Source of the DNA: Candidatus Eiseniibacteriota bacterium
Lineage (GTDB): Bacteria > Eisenbacteria > RBG-16-71-46
Assembly: GCA_044222065.1 (NCBI GenBank)
Contig: JBGAOA010000084.1
Coordinates: forward strand, 1-15,781
Length of the DNA: 15,781 nt
Direction of reading: 5' to 3'
Shown: positions 1-7,980 of the stretch, piece by piece
How positions within the stretch are numbered: position 1 is the stretch's first letter
Layout of the letters: each line of letters opens with the position of its first letter
Translations under genes and position numbers: made by a program
Notes under the pieces: generated by a model
Seen by the model: the letters and a program-made list of their open reading frames with translations, nothing else
Told to the model about the DNA's origin: nothing
Database searches by the model: none

Positions 1-1092
1 CGCGAAGTAGAGACCGGTCGGCGCCGGCGCGCCGTGCTCGTTCCGCCCGTCCCAGCGGGCGACGTGCGCGCCCGCGGCGCGCTCGCCTCGCTCGATCGTC
101 GCGACGCGTCGGCCCGAAACGTCGAGCACTTCGACCGTGACGTCGCCCGCGACCGGCAGCGTGTACGCGAGGGCGGCCGAGCCGCGCGCGGGGTTCGGCG
201 TGACGGCGAGCACGATCGAGGCGCCGGCGCGGTCCCCCACGGCCGTGTTCGGGAGCGCGTCGAACCACTCGTACACCGCGTCCGAGAGCGCGTCGTCGTC
301 GGGCGTGGTCGTGAAGTGCACGAACATCCGCCACGTGACGTCGCTCGTGAAGTTCTGCGACGGGGTGAGCGGCACGCTCCACAGCGAGAACGAGAAGGAA
401 TCGTTGTCGCCCATGAGGTTCATGGGGTGCGGATTTCCGCTCGCGTACATCACCGTGCACGCGAGATTCGGGCCCTGCGTACGTGACCAGCGCTGGTCCC
501 AGTCGGACGTCATGCAGCCCGACGTGCAGTACGACACCGCGAGCGGCGCGTGCGCCGAGCTGCGAAAGCGCCCGTTCGTGAACAACTGCTGGCTGAGCCG
601 CAGCACGTAGGGCTGGAGACTCGTCGCGTTCATCGCGACGCTCGAGAAGAACGCGGTGCGCTCGACCTGGAAGCCGGACGAGTCGGCGAAGAACGTGTAG
701 TCGGTGCGCACCGGCGTCTGCGGCTGGCCGCTCCAGAAGCTCTGCGACTCGATGCGCAGCACGAGCCGCGTCGACGTCTGCGACAGCACGCGCCAGCTCT
801 GCGCGACGATCGACTGGGAGAAAATCGGCCCCTGGGCCGCCCACAGCCCCTGGATCATCTGACCCGAGAACTCCCACGGCGGCGCTTCGCCGTCGACCGC
901 GTTCGTGGGCGAGTAGGGCTTGTAGACGATCTGGACGATCTGCTCCGGGCAGGTGGCCGAGAATCGGAGCCGCAGCTTCGAGGTCTCGATCGTCCGCGTC
1001 AGCGTGTCCACCGCGATCTGTGCCCGCGCGGGAGCGGCCGGGGTGAGGACGAGCAGGACGAGCACGACGGGGACGCACGGGTGTCGGCGCAT
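1..1092 (-). CDS. Secreted protein with C-terminal FlgD-Ig / T9SS type A sorting-like domain (3' end runs off the window)
   Basis: Not in the ORF track. Manual translation from ATG at 1092 (GGAG upstream) is open to position 1. It begins with a signal peptide MRRHPCVPVVLVLLVLTPAAPARA|QIAVD and ends LAVTPNPARGSAALAYTLPVAGDVTVEVLDVSGRRVATIERGERAAGAHVARWDGRNEHGAPAPTGLYFA, matching the PNP...YxLP...DxxGRxV...WDG...GxYF pattern. Confidence 0.88.
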   Translation of the reverse strand, partial: MRRHPCVPVVLVLLVLTPAAPARAQIAVDTLTRTIETSKLRLRFSATCPEQIVQIVYKPYSPTNAVDGEAPPWEFSGQMIQGLWAAQGPIFSQSIVAQSWRVLSQTSTRLVLRIESQSFWSGQPQTPVRTDYTFFADSSGFQVERTAFFSSVAMNATSLQPYVLRLSQQLFTNGRFRSSAHAPLAVSYCTSGCMTSDWDQRWSRTQGPNLACTVMYASGNPHPMNLMGDNDSFSFSLWSVPLTPSQNFTSDVTWRMFVHFTTTPDDDALSDAVYEWFDALPNTAVGDRAGASIVLAVTPNPARGSAALAYTLPVAGDVTVEVLDVSGRRVATIERGERAAGAHVARWDGRNEHGAPAPTGLYFA

Positions 1093-1162
1093 GGTTCGCT
1101 CCGGAGCCAGGGTGGGACGGGTGGTCACCCCGCCCAACGCCGCGGAAGCGCGAACCGAACGG

Positions 1163-2305
1163 CTAGCCGCTCCGCCGCCGCTTCGCGATCACCTGGTCCA
1201 GTTCCTCGGCGAAGCGGTCGTGGATCTCGCCCGAGCCGTGCGCGCGTTCGGCGTAGGCCCGCGCGCGCGCGCCGGCGGCGTCGCGCTCTTCGGGATCCGC
1301 CATCCACCGCACGACCGCCGCTTCCCATGCCTCGTACGTGTCGTGCTTCTCGCCGAGTCGCTCGCGCGCCTGGATGCCGTCCGGGTCGAAGCACGTGACG
1401 CTCGGGACGCCCCAGCTCCACGCCTCGAGGAACACGTTCGGGAAGCCCTCGGCGGGCGAGGTGTGCGTGAACAGCGCGGCGCCCTCCATGAGTTCGCCGA
1501 CGCGCTCGTGCGGGATCGTCGGGTGCACGGACAGGTTCGGCGAGCGCGCCGCGACCTCCTGCGCCGCGCGGAATTCGGCGTCCGTGAGCGGCGGCGGCGG
1601 GATCACGCCCACCATCACGCACTCGAACTCGGGGTGGCGCTCGGCGAAGCGCGTGAACCACTCGGGGCGCTTCGCGGCCTTGTACGTCGCGAGCCACACG
1701 ATGCGACGCGAAGCGCCGGGTGTCGCACGCCGCCCGGGCACGTTCACGGGGTTCATGACGACGACGCCGTCGCGGCCGAAGTCCCGGCGCAGCATGGCGA
1801 GCTGCTTCGCGGTCTGCACGATGACGGTGTCGGCGCCCGCGAGTCCGCGCCGGTACCACGAACGGTCGCGCCAGCCCTCGACGTCCGGCAGGTTCGGCAG
1901 CAGGTCGTGATCGTGCGCGGCGACGAACACGTAGCCGCGGCCCTTGAGGCGCGCGAGGTCGTACGTGAAGCCGGCCCACATGCCGGCGCCCTGGAACACG
2001 TACACGTCGGCATCGGCGCTCCAGAGCGCGCGCGTCGCGAGCGACAGGCGCGGGTGGAAGAAGCGCACGACCGGGAGTCCCGCGAGCGGCTTCCACGCGC
2101 GCAGCAGGCGGACGCCGTCCACGACTTCGACCGGCGCCTGCCCGTAGTCGCACGTCACGACGCTCACGTCGAAGCCGCGGCGCACGAGCCCGCGCGCGAG
2201 GTGGGAGAGTTGCACCTCAATGCCGCCGCCGCCCGGGACCCGGCCGCCGCTCACGACCGGATAGAGCGCGGGTACGTACAGGCAGGCGCGGCCGCGGGAC
2301 GGCAT
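1163..2305 (-). CDS. Glycosyltransferase family 4 (GT-B fold)
   Basis: GGGIEVQLSHLARGL N-terminal motif and EGFPNVFLEAWSWGVP (E-X7-E) motif. Start trimmed to ATG 2305 (MPSRGRACLY), which has GGAG upstream. Confidence 0.9.
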   Translation of the reverse strand: MPSRGRACLYVPALYPVVSGGRVPGGGGIEVQLSHLARGLVRRGFDVSVVTCDYGQAPVEVVDGVRLLRAWKPLAGLPVVRFFHPRLSLATRALWSADADVYVFQGAGMWAGFTYDLARLKGRGYVFVAAHDHDLLPNLPDVEGWRDRSWYRRGLAGADTVIVQTAKQLAMLRRDFGRDGVVVMNPVNVPGRRATPGASRRIVWLATYKAAKRPEWFTRFAERHPEFECVMVGVIPPPPLTDAEFRAAQEVAARSPNLSVHPTIPHERVGELMEGAALFTHTSPAEGFPNVFLEAWSWGVPSVTCFDPDGIQARERLGEKHDTYEAWEAAVVRWMADPEERDAAGARARAYAERAHGSGEIHDRFAEELDQVIAKRRRSG

Positions 2306-2366
2306 GGATCGAGGCTCCGGATCGGGAACGGGGCCGCGCGCGCGGCCGGGGGAACGAATGCCGCGC

Positions 2367-2444
2367 ACCGTAGCCGAGCGGCCGGGAGGCGTACAACGCG
2401 GCGGGCCGAATCCGGCTGACCGCGCGTCGCGCGTGGCGTACCGT
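2367..2444. promoter_or_regulatory. Candidate divergent sigma70-type promoters for the GT4 (-) and EEP nuclease (+) genes
   Basis: Minus strand TTGTAC(2396-2391)-N18-TACGGT(2372-2367). Plus strand CTGACC(2416-2421)-N17-TACCGT(2439-2444). Confidence 0.4.
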
Positions 2445-2549
2445 CGGCGCGCCGCGTGAGCCGCCTCCCGTGCCCGGCATCGCCTCCCGACGCGGCCTTC
2501 GCTTCTCGACCCCGATCGCCGCGATGCGCGGCGCCCCGAGGAGGACCCC

Positions 2550-3497
2550 GTGCCGAACTTCCCGAAGCCCAAGTTTCCGTACGCCTACACGCCGGCGACC
2601 GAGATCCAGAAGCTGCGCGCGCACAAGACCGCGCGCGGCGTGCCCGCGAAGGGCGCGAACACGCTGCTCGTCGCGACCTGGAACATCGCGAACTTCGGCG
2701 GCCACGAGCGCCGCGCGCAGGACAAGCAGCTGATCGCCGAGGTGATGTCGTGGTTCGACATCGTCGCGATCCAGGAGACGAAGGACAACTTCGGCGACCT
2801 CGCCGACGTGACGCACGCGCTCGGCGCGAAGCACCGGCTGCTGATGTCCGATCCGGCGGGCAACGACGAGCGCATGGCGTTCGTGTACGACACGACGAAG
2901 CTCACCCTGCTCGAGGAAATCGGCGAGGTGGCGGTGCCGCCGAAGGACCTCGCGAAGATCAAGCTGCCGGGCGTGAAGCTGAAGTTCGACGGCTTCGACC
3001 GCAATCCGTACGTCGGGACGTGGCAGGCGGGGAAGCTGAGCTTCCTGCTCGCGAACTGCCATCTCTTCTACGGCGCCGAGGACGAGCCGAGCGTGCAGCG
3101 GCGCGCGCTCGAGACCTTCGCGGTCGCACGCTGGGCGAACCTGCGCGAGAAGAGCAAGTCGGCCTACACGCGCCACATCCTCGCGCTCGGGGACTTCAAC
3201 ATGCCGAAGGCCGAACCCGGCGACGCGATCTTCGACGCGCTCACGGGCAGCGGCATGGAGCTGCCCGGTCACTCGACGAAGATCGCCTCGAGCGTCGTTT
3301 CGGACGCCCAGTACGACCAGATCGCGTTCTTCCCCTCCGAGACGCAGAGCCGGTTCACGGGGGCGAAGGGCGTGTTCGACTTCGACGCGGTCGTGTTCGC
3401 GGACCTGTGGCAGCAGAGCCAGAAGAACTTCAAGGCGTACGTGAAGTACTACCTCTCGGACCACCGGCCCATGTGGATGGAGTTGTCGATCCAGTAG
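2550..3497 (+). CDS. Endonuclease/exonuclease/phosphatase (EEP, DNase I-like) family protein
   Basis: Motifs VATWNI, DIVAIQE, ERMAFVYD, NCHL, ALGDFN, YDQI, SDHRP. GTG start preceded by AGGAGG. No signal peptide. Confidence 0.9.
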   Translation: MPNFPKPKFPYAYTPATEIQKLRAHKTARGVPAKGANTLLVATWNIANFGGHERRAQDKQLIAEVMSWFDIVAIQETKDNFGDLADVTHALGAKHRLLMSDPAGNDERMAFVYDTTKLTLLEEIGEVAVPPKDLAKIKLPGVKLKFDGFDRNPYVGTWQAGKLSFLLANCHLFYGAEDEPSVQRRALETFAVARWANLREKSKSAYTRHILALGDFNMPKAEPGDAIFDALTGSGMELPGHSTKIASSVVSDAQYDQIAFFPSETQSRFTGAKGVFDFDAVVFADLWQQSQKNFKAYVKYYLSDHRPMWMELSIQ

Positions 3498-3745
3498 CGA
3501 GCGCCCGGCGCGAGCACCCGTGCCGAACGGTGGTGCGGCGCCGGGGCGAGGTGCCGGCCGAAATCGCTCCGTCGGGTGCCGCCCCGGCGGGGCGATCGGC
3601 GTGTTCGGTCGCGCGGGCTCGCGCGTATCGAGGGGTGACGCGCGACCGCACGGCGGTTGCGACGATTCCGGCGACGAATCCTCCGGCGCGAACCGCACGC
3701 GCATCGGCGTCGCCCTCGCTCAACCTTCCAAGGAGATTCCGTTCG

Positions 3746-4573
3746 ATGACGACGATGTCCCATGCCACCACTCCCGATTTCGAGGCGATCAAGTCGCGTC
3801 AGAAGGCCACCTGGGGCTCGGGTAACTACGGACAGATCGGCTCCCGGCTCCAGATCGTCGGCGAGTCGCTGTGCGCCGCGGCCGACGTGCGCGCGCACCA
3901 TCGGGTGCTCGACGTCGCTGCCGGGACCGGGAACGCGTCGCTCGCGGCCGCGCGCCGCTTCGCCGACGTCGTGGCGACCGACTACGTGCCCGAGCTGCTC
4001 GATCAGACGCGCCGCCGGGCGGCGGCGGACGGGCTCGCGCTCGAGACCCGCGTCGCCGATTGCGAGCAGCTGCCGTTCGCCGACGGCGAATTCGACGTGA
4101 CGCTGTCCACCTACGGCGTGATGTTCGCGCCCAATCAGGAGCGCTCCGCGGCCGAGCTCGTGCGCGTGACGAAGCCGGGCGGGCGGATCGCGATGGCGAA
4201 CTGGACGCCGGAGAGCTACATCGGCGAGGTGTTCCGCATCGTCGGCCGCTTCGTGCCGCCGCCTGCCGGCGTCGCCCCGGCCTCCGCGTGGGGCACCGAA
4301 GCGCGGCTGCGGGAGCTGTTCGACGGCGCCGCTCGCGAGTTGAAGATCGAGCGCAAGCACTTCCACTTCGTGTTCCGCTCGCCGGAGCACTGGGTCGAGC
4401 TGTTCCGCACCTACTACGGCCCGGTGCTGAAGGCGTTCGGCGCGCTCGATGCCGCCGGTCAGGCGGAGCTGCACGCGGCGCTGGTCGAGGCGCTCGAACG
4501 GCGCAACGTCGCGGGCTCGGAGTCGCTCGTCGTGCCGAGTGAGTACCTCGAGATCGTGATCGAGCGCGCGTAG
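3746..4573 (+). CDS. Class I SAM-dependent methyltransferase (UbiE / Methyltransf_11-like)
   Basis: VLDVAAGTG motif I, EQLPFADGEFDV and RVTKPGGRI. AAGGAG lies 10 nt upstream of ATG 3746 (alternative start 3755). The longer ORF-track extension overlaps the EEP gene and is spurious. Confidence 0.9.
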   Translation: MTTMSHATTPDFEAIKSRQKATWGSGNYGQIGSRLQIVGESLCAAADVRAHHRVLDVAAGTGNASLAAARRFADVVATDYVPELLDQTRRRAAADGLALETRVADCEQLPFADGEFDVTLSTYGVMFAPNQERSAAELVRVTKPGGRIAMANWTPESYIGEVFRIVGRFVPPPAGVAPASAWGTEARLRELFDGAARELKIERKHFHFVFRSPEHWVELFRTYYGPVLKAFGALDAAGQAELHAALVEALERRNVAGSESLVVPSEYLEIVIERA

Positions 4574-4579
4574 CGCGGA

Positions 4580-4627
4580 TCGAGTTTCGCGGGGCGCGGG
4601 CTGCGAGGTCCGCGCCTCGAACGCTCG
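4580..4627. terminator. Hairpin between convergent genes, possible terminator
   Basis: GGGGCGCGGGC pairs with GTCCGCGCCTC (with G-U pairs), extended by TTCG/CGAA and CGAG/CTCG. No clear U-tract. Confidence 0.3.
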
Positions 4628-4663
4628 TTCGGCCGCGCTCTCTCCAGTCCGACCGACCGTTGC

Positions 4664-6181
4664 TCAGCGCGGGCCGTCGGGGCGCCGTCCCTCGTACGCG
4701 CGGTACTGGAGCGCCTCGGCGAGGCGCTGATCGCTCACGCGCGCTTCTCCCGCGAGATCGGCGATCGTGCGCGCGACGCGGAGCGCACGGTGGATCGCGC
4801 GCGCCGAGAGTCCGCCGCGATCCACGGCATCGGCGACGAGCCGCCGGCCCGCGGCATCGAGCGCGCAGTGCGTCTTGAGCGCGGCGTGCGCGAGCGATGC
4901 GTTGAGCGCCCCGCGCTCGCGCTGCCGCTCGCGCGCGGCGACGACGCGCGCGCGCACGTCGGCGCTCGACTCGCTCGCCGAGGCACGCAGCAGTTCTTCC
5001 GACGTGAGCGCGGGCACCTCGATCTGCAGGTCGAGCCGGTCCAGCACGGGACCCGAGAGGCGCGCCGCGTACTTCGCGAGTTCGGCCGTCCCGCAGCGAC
5101 AGCCGCGTTTCGGGTGACCGAGCCAGCCGCAGGGGCACGGATTCGCGGCCGCGACGACGAGCGGGCGCGCGGGAAACTCCACGCGTCCCGACGCCCGCGC
5201 GATCGCGACGCTGCCGTGCTCGAGCGGCTCGCGCAGCGCGTCGACGAGGCTTCGCGGCGCGAGCGTCAATTCGTCGAGGAACAGCACGCCGTGATGCGCG
5301 AGCGAGATCTCGCCGGGCCGCGGCGGCGTGCCGCCGCCGATCAGACCCGCGCGCGACACCGTGTGGTGCGGGGCGCGGAACGGTCGCGCGCGCATGAGCC
5401 CGCGGCCGGGCGCGCGCAGCCCCGCGCTCGAGTGGATGCGCGTCACGACGCGCGCGTCCTCGGGATCGAGCGGCGGCAGGATCCCGGGGAGCCGGCGCGC
5501 GAGCATGGACTTTCCCGCGCCGGGCGGACCGACGAGCAGCGCGTGGTGTCCCCCCGCGGCGGCGATCTCGAGCGCGCGCCGCGCCATCGCCTGGCCGCGC
5601 ACGTCGGCCAAGTCCTCGAGGCCATCGAGCGGGTCGTCGGCGGCGACCGGCACGGCGCGCGGCAGTTCGCCCTCGCCGCGCAGCCACGCGACGGCCGAAG
5701 CGAGCGTGTCGCACGCGCGCACGTCGAGCGCGTCCACGAGCGCCGCCTCGGGCGCCGCGGCCGCCGCGCACAGCAGCGTGCGCGCGCCCGCGCGCCACGC
5801 GGCTTCCGCGAGCGCCAGCGTTCCGCGCGGCGCGCGCAGCGTGCCGTCGAGCGCGAGTTCGCCGAGCGCCGCGCCGCGCGCGAGCCGATCGAGCGGCGCT
5901 TGATTCGTCGCGTGCAGCAGGCCGAGCGCGATCGCGAGGTCGGCGGCGACGCCTTCCTTGCGGCGGTCGGCGGGCGCGAGGTTCACGGTGACGTGCCGGT
6001 CGGGGACGAGCAGACCCGAGTGGCGCAGCGCAGGCCAGATGCGGTCGTGCGCTTCGCGCGCCGAGGCGTCGGGCAGGCCGATCAGCACGAAGCCCGGCAG
6101 ACCCGGGCCGACGTCCACTTCGCATTCGATCGCGAACGCTTCGAGGCCCCACAGGGCCGAGGCCAGCACGCGCGTGAGCAT
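4664..6181 (-). CDS. comM: YifB/ComM Mg-chelatase-like AAA+ ATPase
   Basis: N-terminal GLP...GLPD and VTVNLAPAD, DLADVRGQ, Walker A GPPGAGKS, RPFRAPHHT, PGEISLAHHGVLFLDE, NPCPCG..CRC, SGPVLDRLD, SARAIHRALRVARTIADL, EALQYR. Confidence 0.95.
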   Translation of the reverse strand: MLTRVLASALWGLEAFAIECEVDVGPGLPGFVLIGLPDASAREAHDRIWPALRHSGLLVPDRHVTVNLAPADRRKEGVAADLAIALGLLHATNQAPLDRLARGAALGELALDGTLRAPRGTLALAEAAWRAGARTLLCAAAAAPEAALVDALDVRACDTLASAVAWLRGEGELPRAVPVAADDPLDGLEDLADVRGQAMARRALEIAAAGGHHALLVGPPGAGKSMLARRLPGILPPLDPEDARVVTRIHSSAGLRAPGRGLMRARPFRAPHHTVSRAGLIGGGTPPRPGEISLAHHGVLFLDELTLAPRSLVDALREPLEHGSVAIARASGRVEFPARPLVVAAANPCPCGWLGHPKRGCRCGTAELAKYAARLSGPVLDRLDLQIEVPALTSEELLRASASESSADVRARVVAARERQRERGALNASLAHAALKTHCALDAAGRRLVADAVDRGGLSARAIHRALRVARTIADLAGEARVSDQRLAEALQYRAYEGRRPDGPR

Positions 6182-6240
6182 GGGCGCTCCGCGGGGGCGA
6201 GTCGTGACGCGGAGGCGGGGCGCGAGGCGAGGACGCGCGA

Positions 6241-6270
6241 AAACTAGGGAGCGACGCGGGCGGTGGTCAA
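6241..6270 (-). promoter_or_regulatory. Candidate sigma70-type promoter for comM
   Basis: TTGACC(6270-6265)-N18-TAGTTT(6246-6241), about 60 nt upstream of the ATG. Confidence 0.5.
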
Positions 6271-6302
6271 GCTCGCCGCCTTCGGCCGGCCGCCGCGAGC
6301 CC

Positions 6303-6330
6303 TAGACGCGCCGCACGGCGGGTGTAGCAT
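6303..6330 (+). promoter_or_regulatory. Candidate promoter for the secreted protein gene
   Basis: TAGACG-N16-TAGCAT upstream of a GGAGGAG ribosome binding site and ATG 6384. Confidence 0.3.
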
Positions 6331-6383
6331 CGCGGCGCGTTACCGAAGGGAGGCACCTCATCCGGACGCCGGAGGAGACGGCC

Positions 6384-7094
6384 ATGCGCCGCACCATGGG
6401 ACTTCACCTCGCACGCGTGCTCGCCGCGAGCGTCGCGTTCTGCGTCTGCGCCGCGTCCGCCTCCGCGCAGGTCTGCCCGCCGAGCGAGTGGAGTTTCACG
6501 ACGATCTCGGGCTGGCAGGCGACGACGGCCGCCGAGTTCGACACGAGCAGCGGAATGACCGGCGCGATCGGCGGCGTGCGCTGCACGATCCGCGTGCCCG
6601 AAGGCGAGCTCGGCGTCTATCGCTGCTGCGGGCTCGGCATCGCGGCCACGAAGCTCGTGGACGACTTCGACGTCCAGGGCGTTCCGGCCGGAACGCCGGT
6701 CACCGCGATCGCGGAACTCGAGATGGACGGCTGGATCCTCGGCGGCGGCTGCGGCGGTTCGGGCTGCTGGGGGAACCTGCGCGGCACCGTCACGACGCCG
6801 TCCGGAGCGCTCTCCCGCCTGCTCACGGCGAACGTGTTCGCGGTGGACAGCGTGCACGTGAGCGACACGGTTTCGCTGCCGCTGACGTTCACCGCCGGCT
6901 CGCCCGCGCGGATCGAGTTCCTGCTCGAGGCGTTCAAGTCGGCCGGGGGCAACAACGGCGCGCACGGCGTCGGCCGCATCCACTTCGGATCCCTGCCCGC
7001 CGGCGTGCGCGTCGTGTCGTGCAAGGGCTACGCGTCGGACGCGACGCCCGCGCGCGCGACGACGTGGGGAACGCTCAAGCAGCTCTACCGCTGA
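6384..7094 (+). CDS. Hypothetical secreted Cys-rich protein with C-terminal TPARATTWGTLKQLYR motif
   Basis: Strong GGAGGAG RBS. Signal peptide ending ASASA|QVC. Beta-rich body with 7 Cys in the mature part. GC3-biased codons. Confidence 0.85.
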   Translation: MRRTMGLHLARVLAASVAFCVCAASASAQVCPPSEWSFTTISGWQATTAAEFDTSSGMTGAIGGVRCTIRVPEGELGVYRCCGLGIAATKLVDDFDVQGVPAGTPVTAIAELEMDGWILGGGCGGSGCWGNLRGTVTTPSGALSRLLTANVFAVDSVHVSDTVSLPLTFTAGSPARIEFLLEAFKSAGGNNGAHGVGRIHFGSLPAGVRVVSCKGYASDATPARATTWGTLKQLYR

Positions 7095-7131
7095 CGCGCG
7101 GCGCTCGCGACGCGAGCCGCGGACATGGGAA

Positions 7132-7157
7132 CGCCCGCGGCCGTGAGGCCGCGGGCG
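7132..7157. terminator. Perfect 11-bp stem-loop between convergent genes (likely terminator)
   Basis: CGCCCGCGGCC-GTGA-GGCCGCGGGCG, with a GNRA tetraloop on the + strand and only a weak U-tract (TTCCC) on the - strand. Confidence 0.5.
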
Positions 7158-7217
7158 CGACGAACCGATCGAAGTGAGCGGCGGGCTGTCTGGCGGTGAC
7201 CGGCTTCCCCTGCGATT

Positions 7218-7829
7218 TCAGCGGGACTGGGCCGGCAGCGGCGCGTCCTTCCTCGGTAGCGCGAGGGCGCTCGCGGTGACGCGCGCCCAGCTCTGCGCAG
7301 GCGCCGTGCCGCGGATCGCGGCACGTACGCGGCGGCGACGGTCCACGACGAAGTAGCCGGGCAGGATCCGCGGCCCCGATTCGTCTACGAGGTTGTACTG
7401 GGAGGCGACCACGCGGCGCGAGTCCGAGACGAGCGGGTAGCGCAGGCCGAGGCGCTGGGCTTCCGCCTTCGCGGCGCCCGGGCGCTCCGGCACGATCGCG
7501 ACCGGAAGCACCCCCATGTCGAGCAGCTCGTCGCGTTCCTTCTCGATCGAGGCGAGCATGGGCTCCGACGTCGCGAAGACGATCAGGACGTGGCCCTGCG
7601 CCGTGAGGTCCGAGAGCGCGAGCGAGCGTCCGTCCGCGCCGGGAAAGGTGAAGTTGGGTGCGCTCTCGCCGACCTCGACCGGAGCGATGGGCGGTTCGGG
7701 CGCGTTGGTTCTGAGCGTGATTCCCGGCGACGTCGCGGGCGGACTCTGCCCGGGCAACGGGCCTCCACCGGGATTCAATGGAAGGGCGGCGGCCACCACC
7801 GCGGTGACGACCAGTCCGAGGAACTTCAT
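7218..7829 (-). CDS. Exported redoxin/peroxiredoxin-fold (AhpC/TSA-like) protein with no cysteine
   Basis: GGAGGT RBS before ATG 7829. Hydrophobic N-terminus and Pro-rich linker, then VGESAPNFTFPGADGRSLALSDL, YPLVSD...VASQYNL and PGYFVVD. No Cys anywhere in the protein. Confidence 0.82.
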   Translation of the reverse strand: MKFLGLVVTAVVAAALPLNPGGGPLPGQSPPATSPGITLRTNAPEPPIAPVEVGESAPNFTFPGADGRSLALSDLTAQGHVLIVFATSEPMLASIEKERDELLDMGVLPVAIVPERPGAAKAEAQRLGLRYPLVSDSRRVVASQYNLVDESGPRILPGYFVVDRRRRVRAAIRGTAPAQSWARVTASALALPRKDAPLPAQSR

Positions 7830-7980
7830 CACACCTCCGAGTCGTGGGGGTGCCGGTGCGTGATTGGAAAACTGCCGCACCAGTGATCGGCTCGGAGCAC
7901 GGCCCGCTTGAGCGCGGCGGACCGGAAAAACGCCGCGGCCCGCGCGCCGAAAGGCGCACAGGCCGCGTTTCGCACGAGAC

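Noticed and set aside
34..2419. Long plus-strand ORFs (34-486, 137-610, 550-1398, 953-2419, 1338-1910)
   Set aside because: Antisense shadows of the two real minus-strand genes. They are Arg/Ala-rich with no motifs, as expected in very GC-rich DNA with few stop codons.
2456..3745. Apparent 705-aa ORF suggesting an N-terminal extension or fusion on the methyltransferase
   Set aside because: The extension is low-complexity out-of-frame read-through over the EEP gene. A good RBS marks the real start at 3746.
2550..4573. Nuclease + methyltransferase as a restriction-modification system
   Set aside because: The methyltransferase lacks DNA methyltransferase catalytic motifs (DPPY/NPPY or PC) and resembles small-molecule UbiE-like enzymes. 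The genes are also about 250 nt apart.
3789..6247. 787-aa minus ORF and 485-aa plus ORF overlapping comM
   Set aside because: Alternative-frame shadows with Arg-rich composition and no domain signal.
7860..7885. Possible sigma54 promoter (CTGGTGCGGCAGTTTT, minus strand) between the redoxin-like genes
   Set aside because: Lacks the invariant -12 GC and deviates from TGGCAC.
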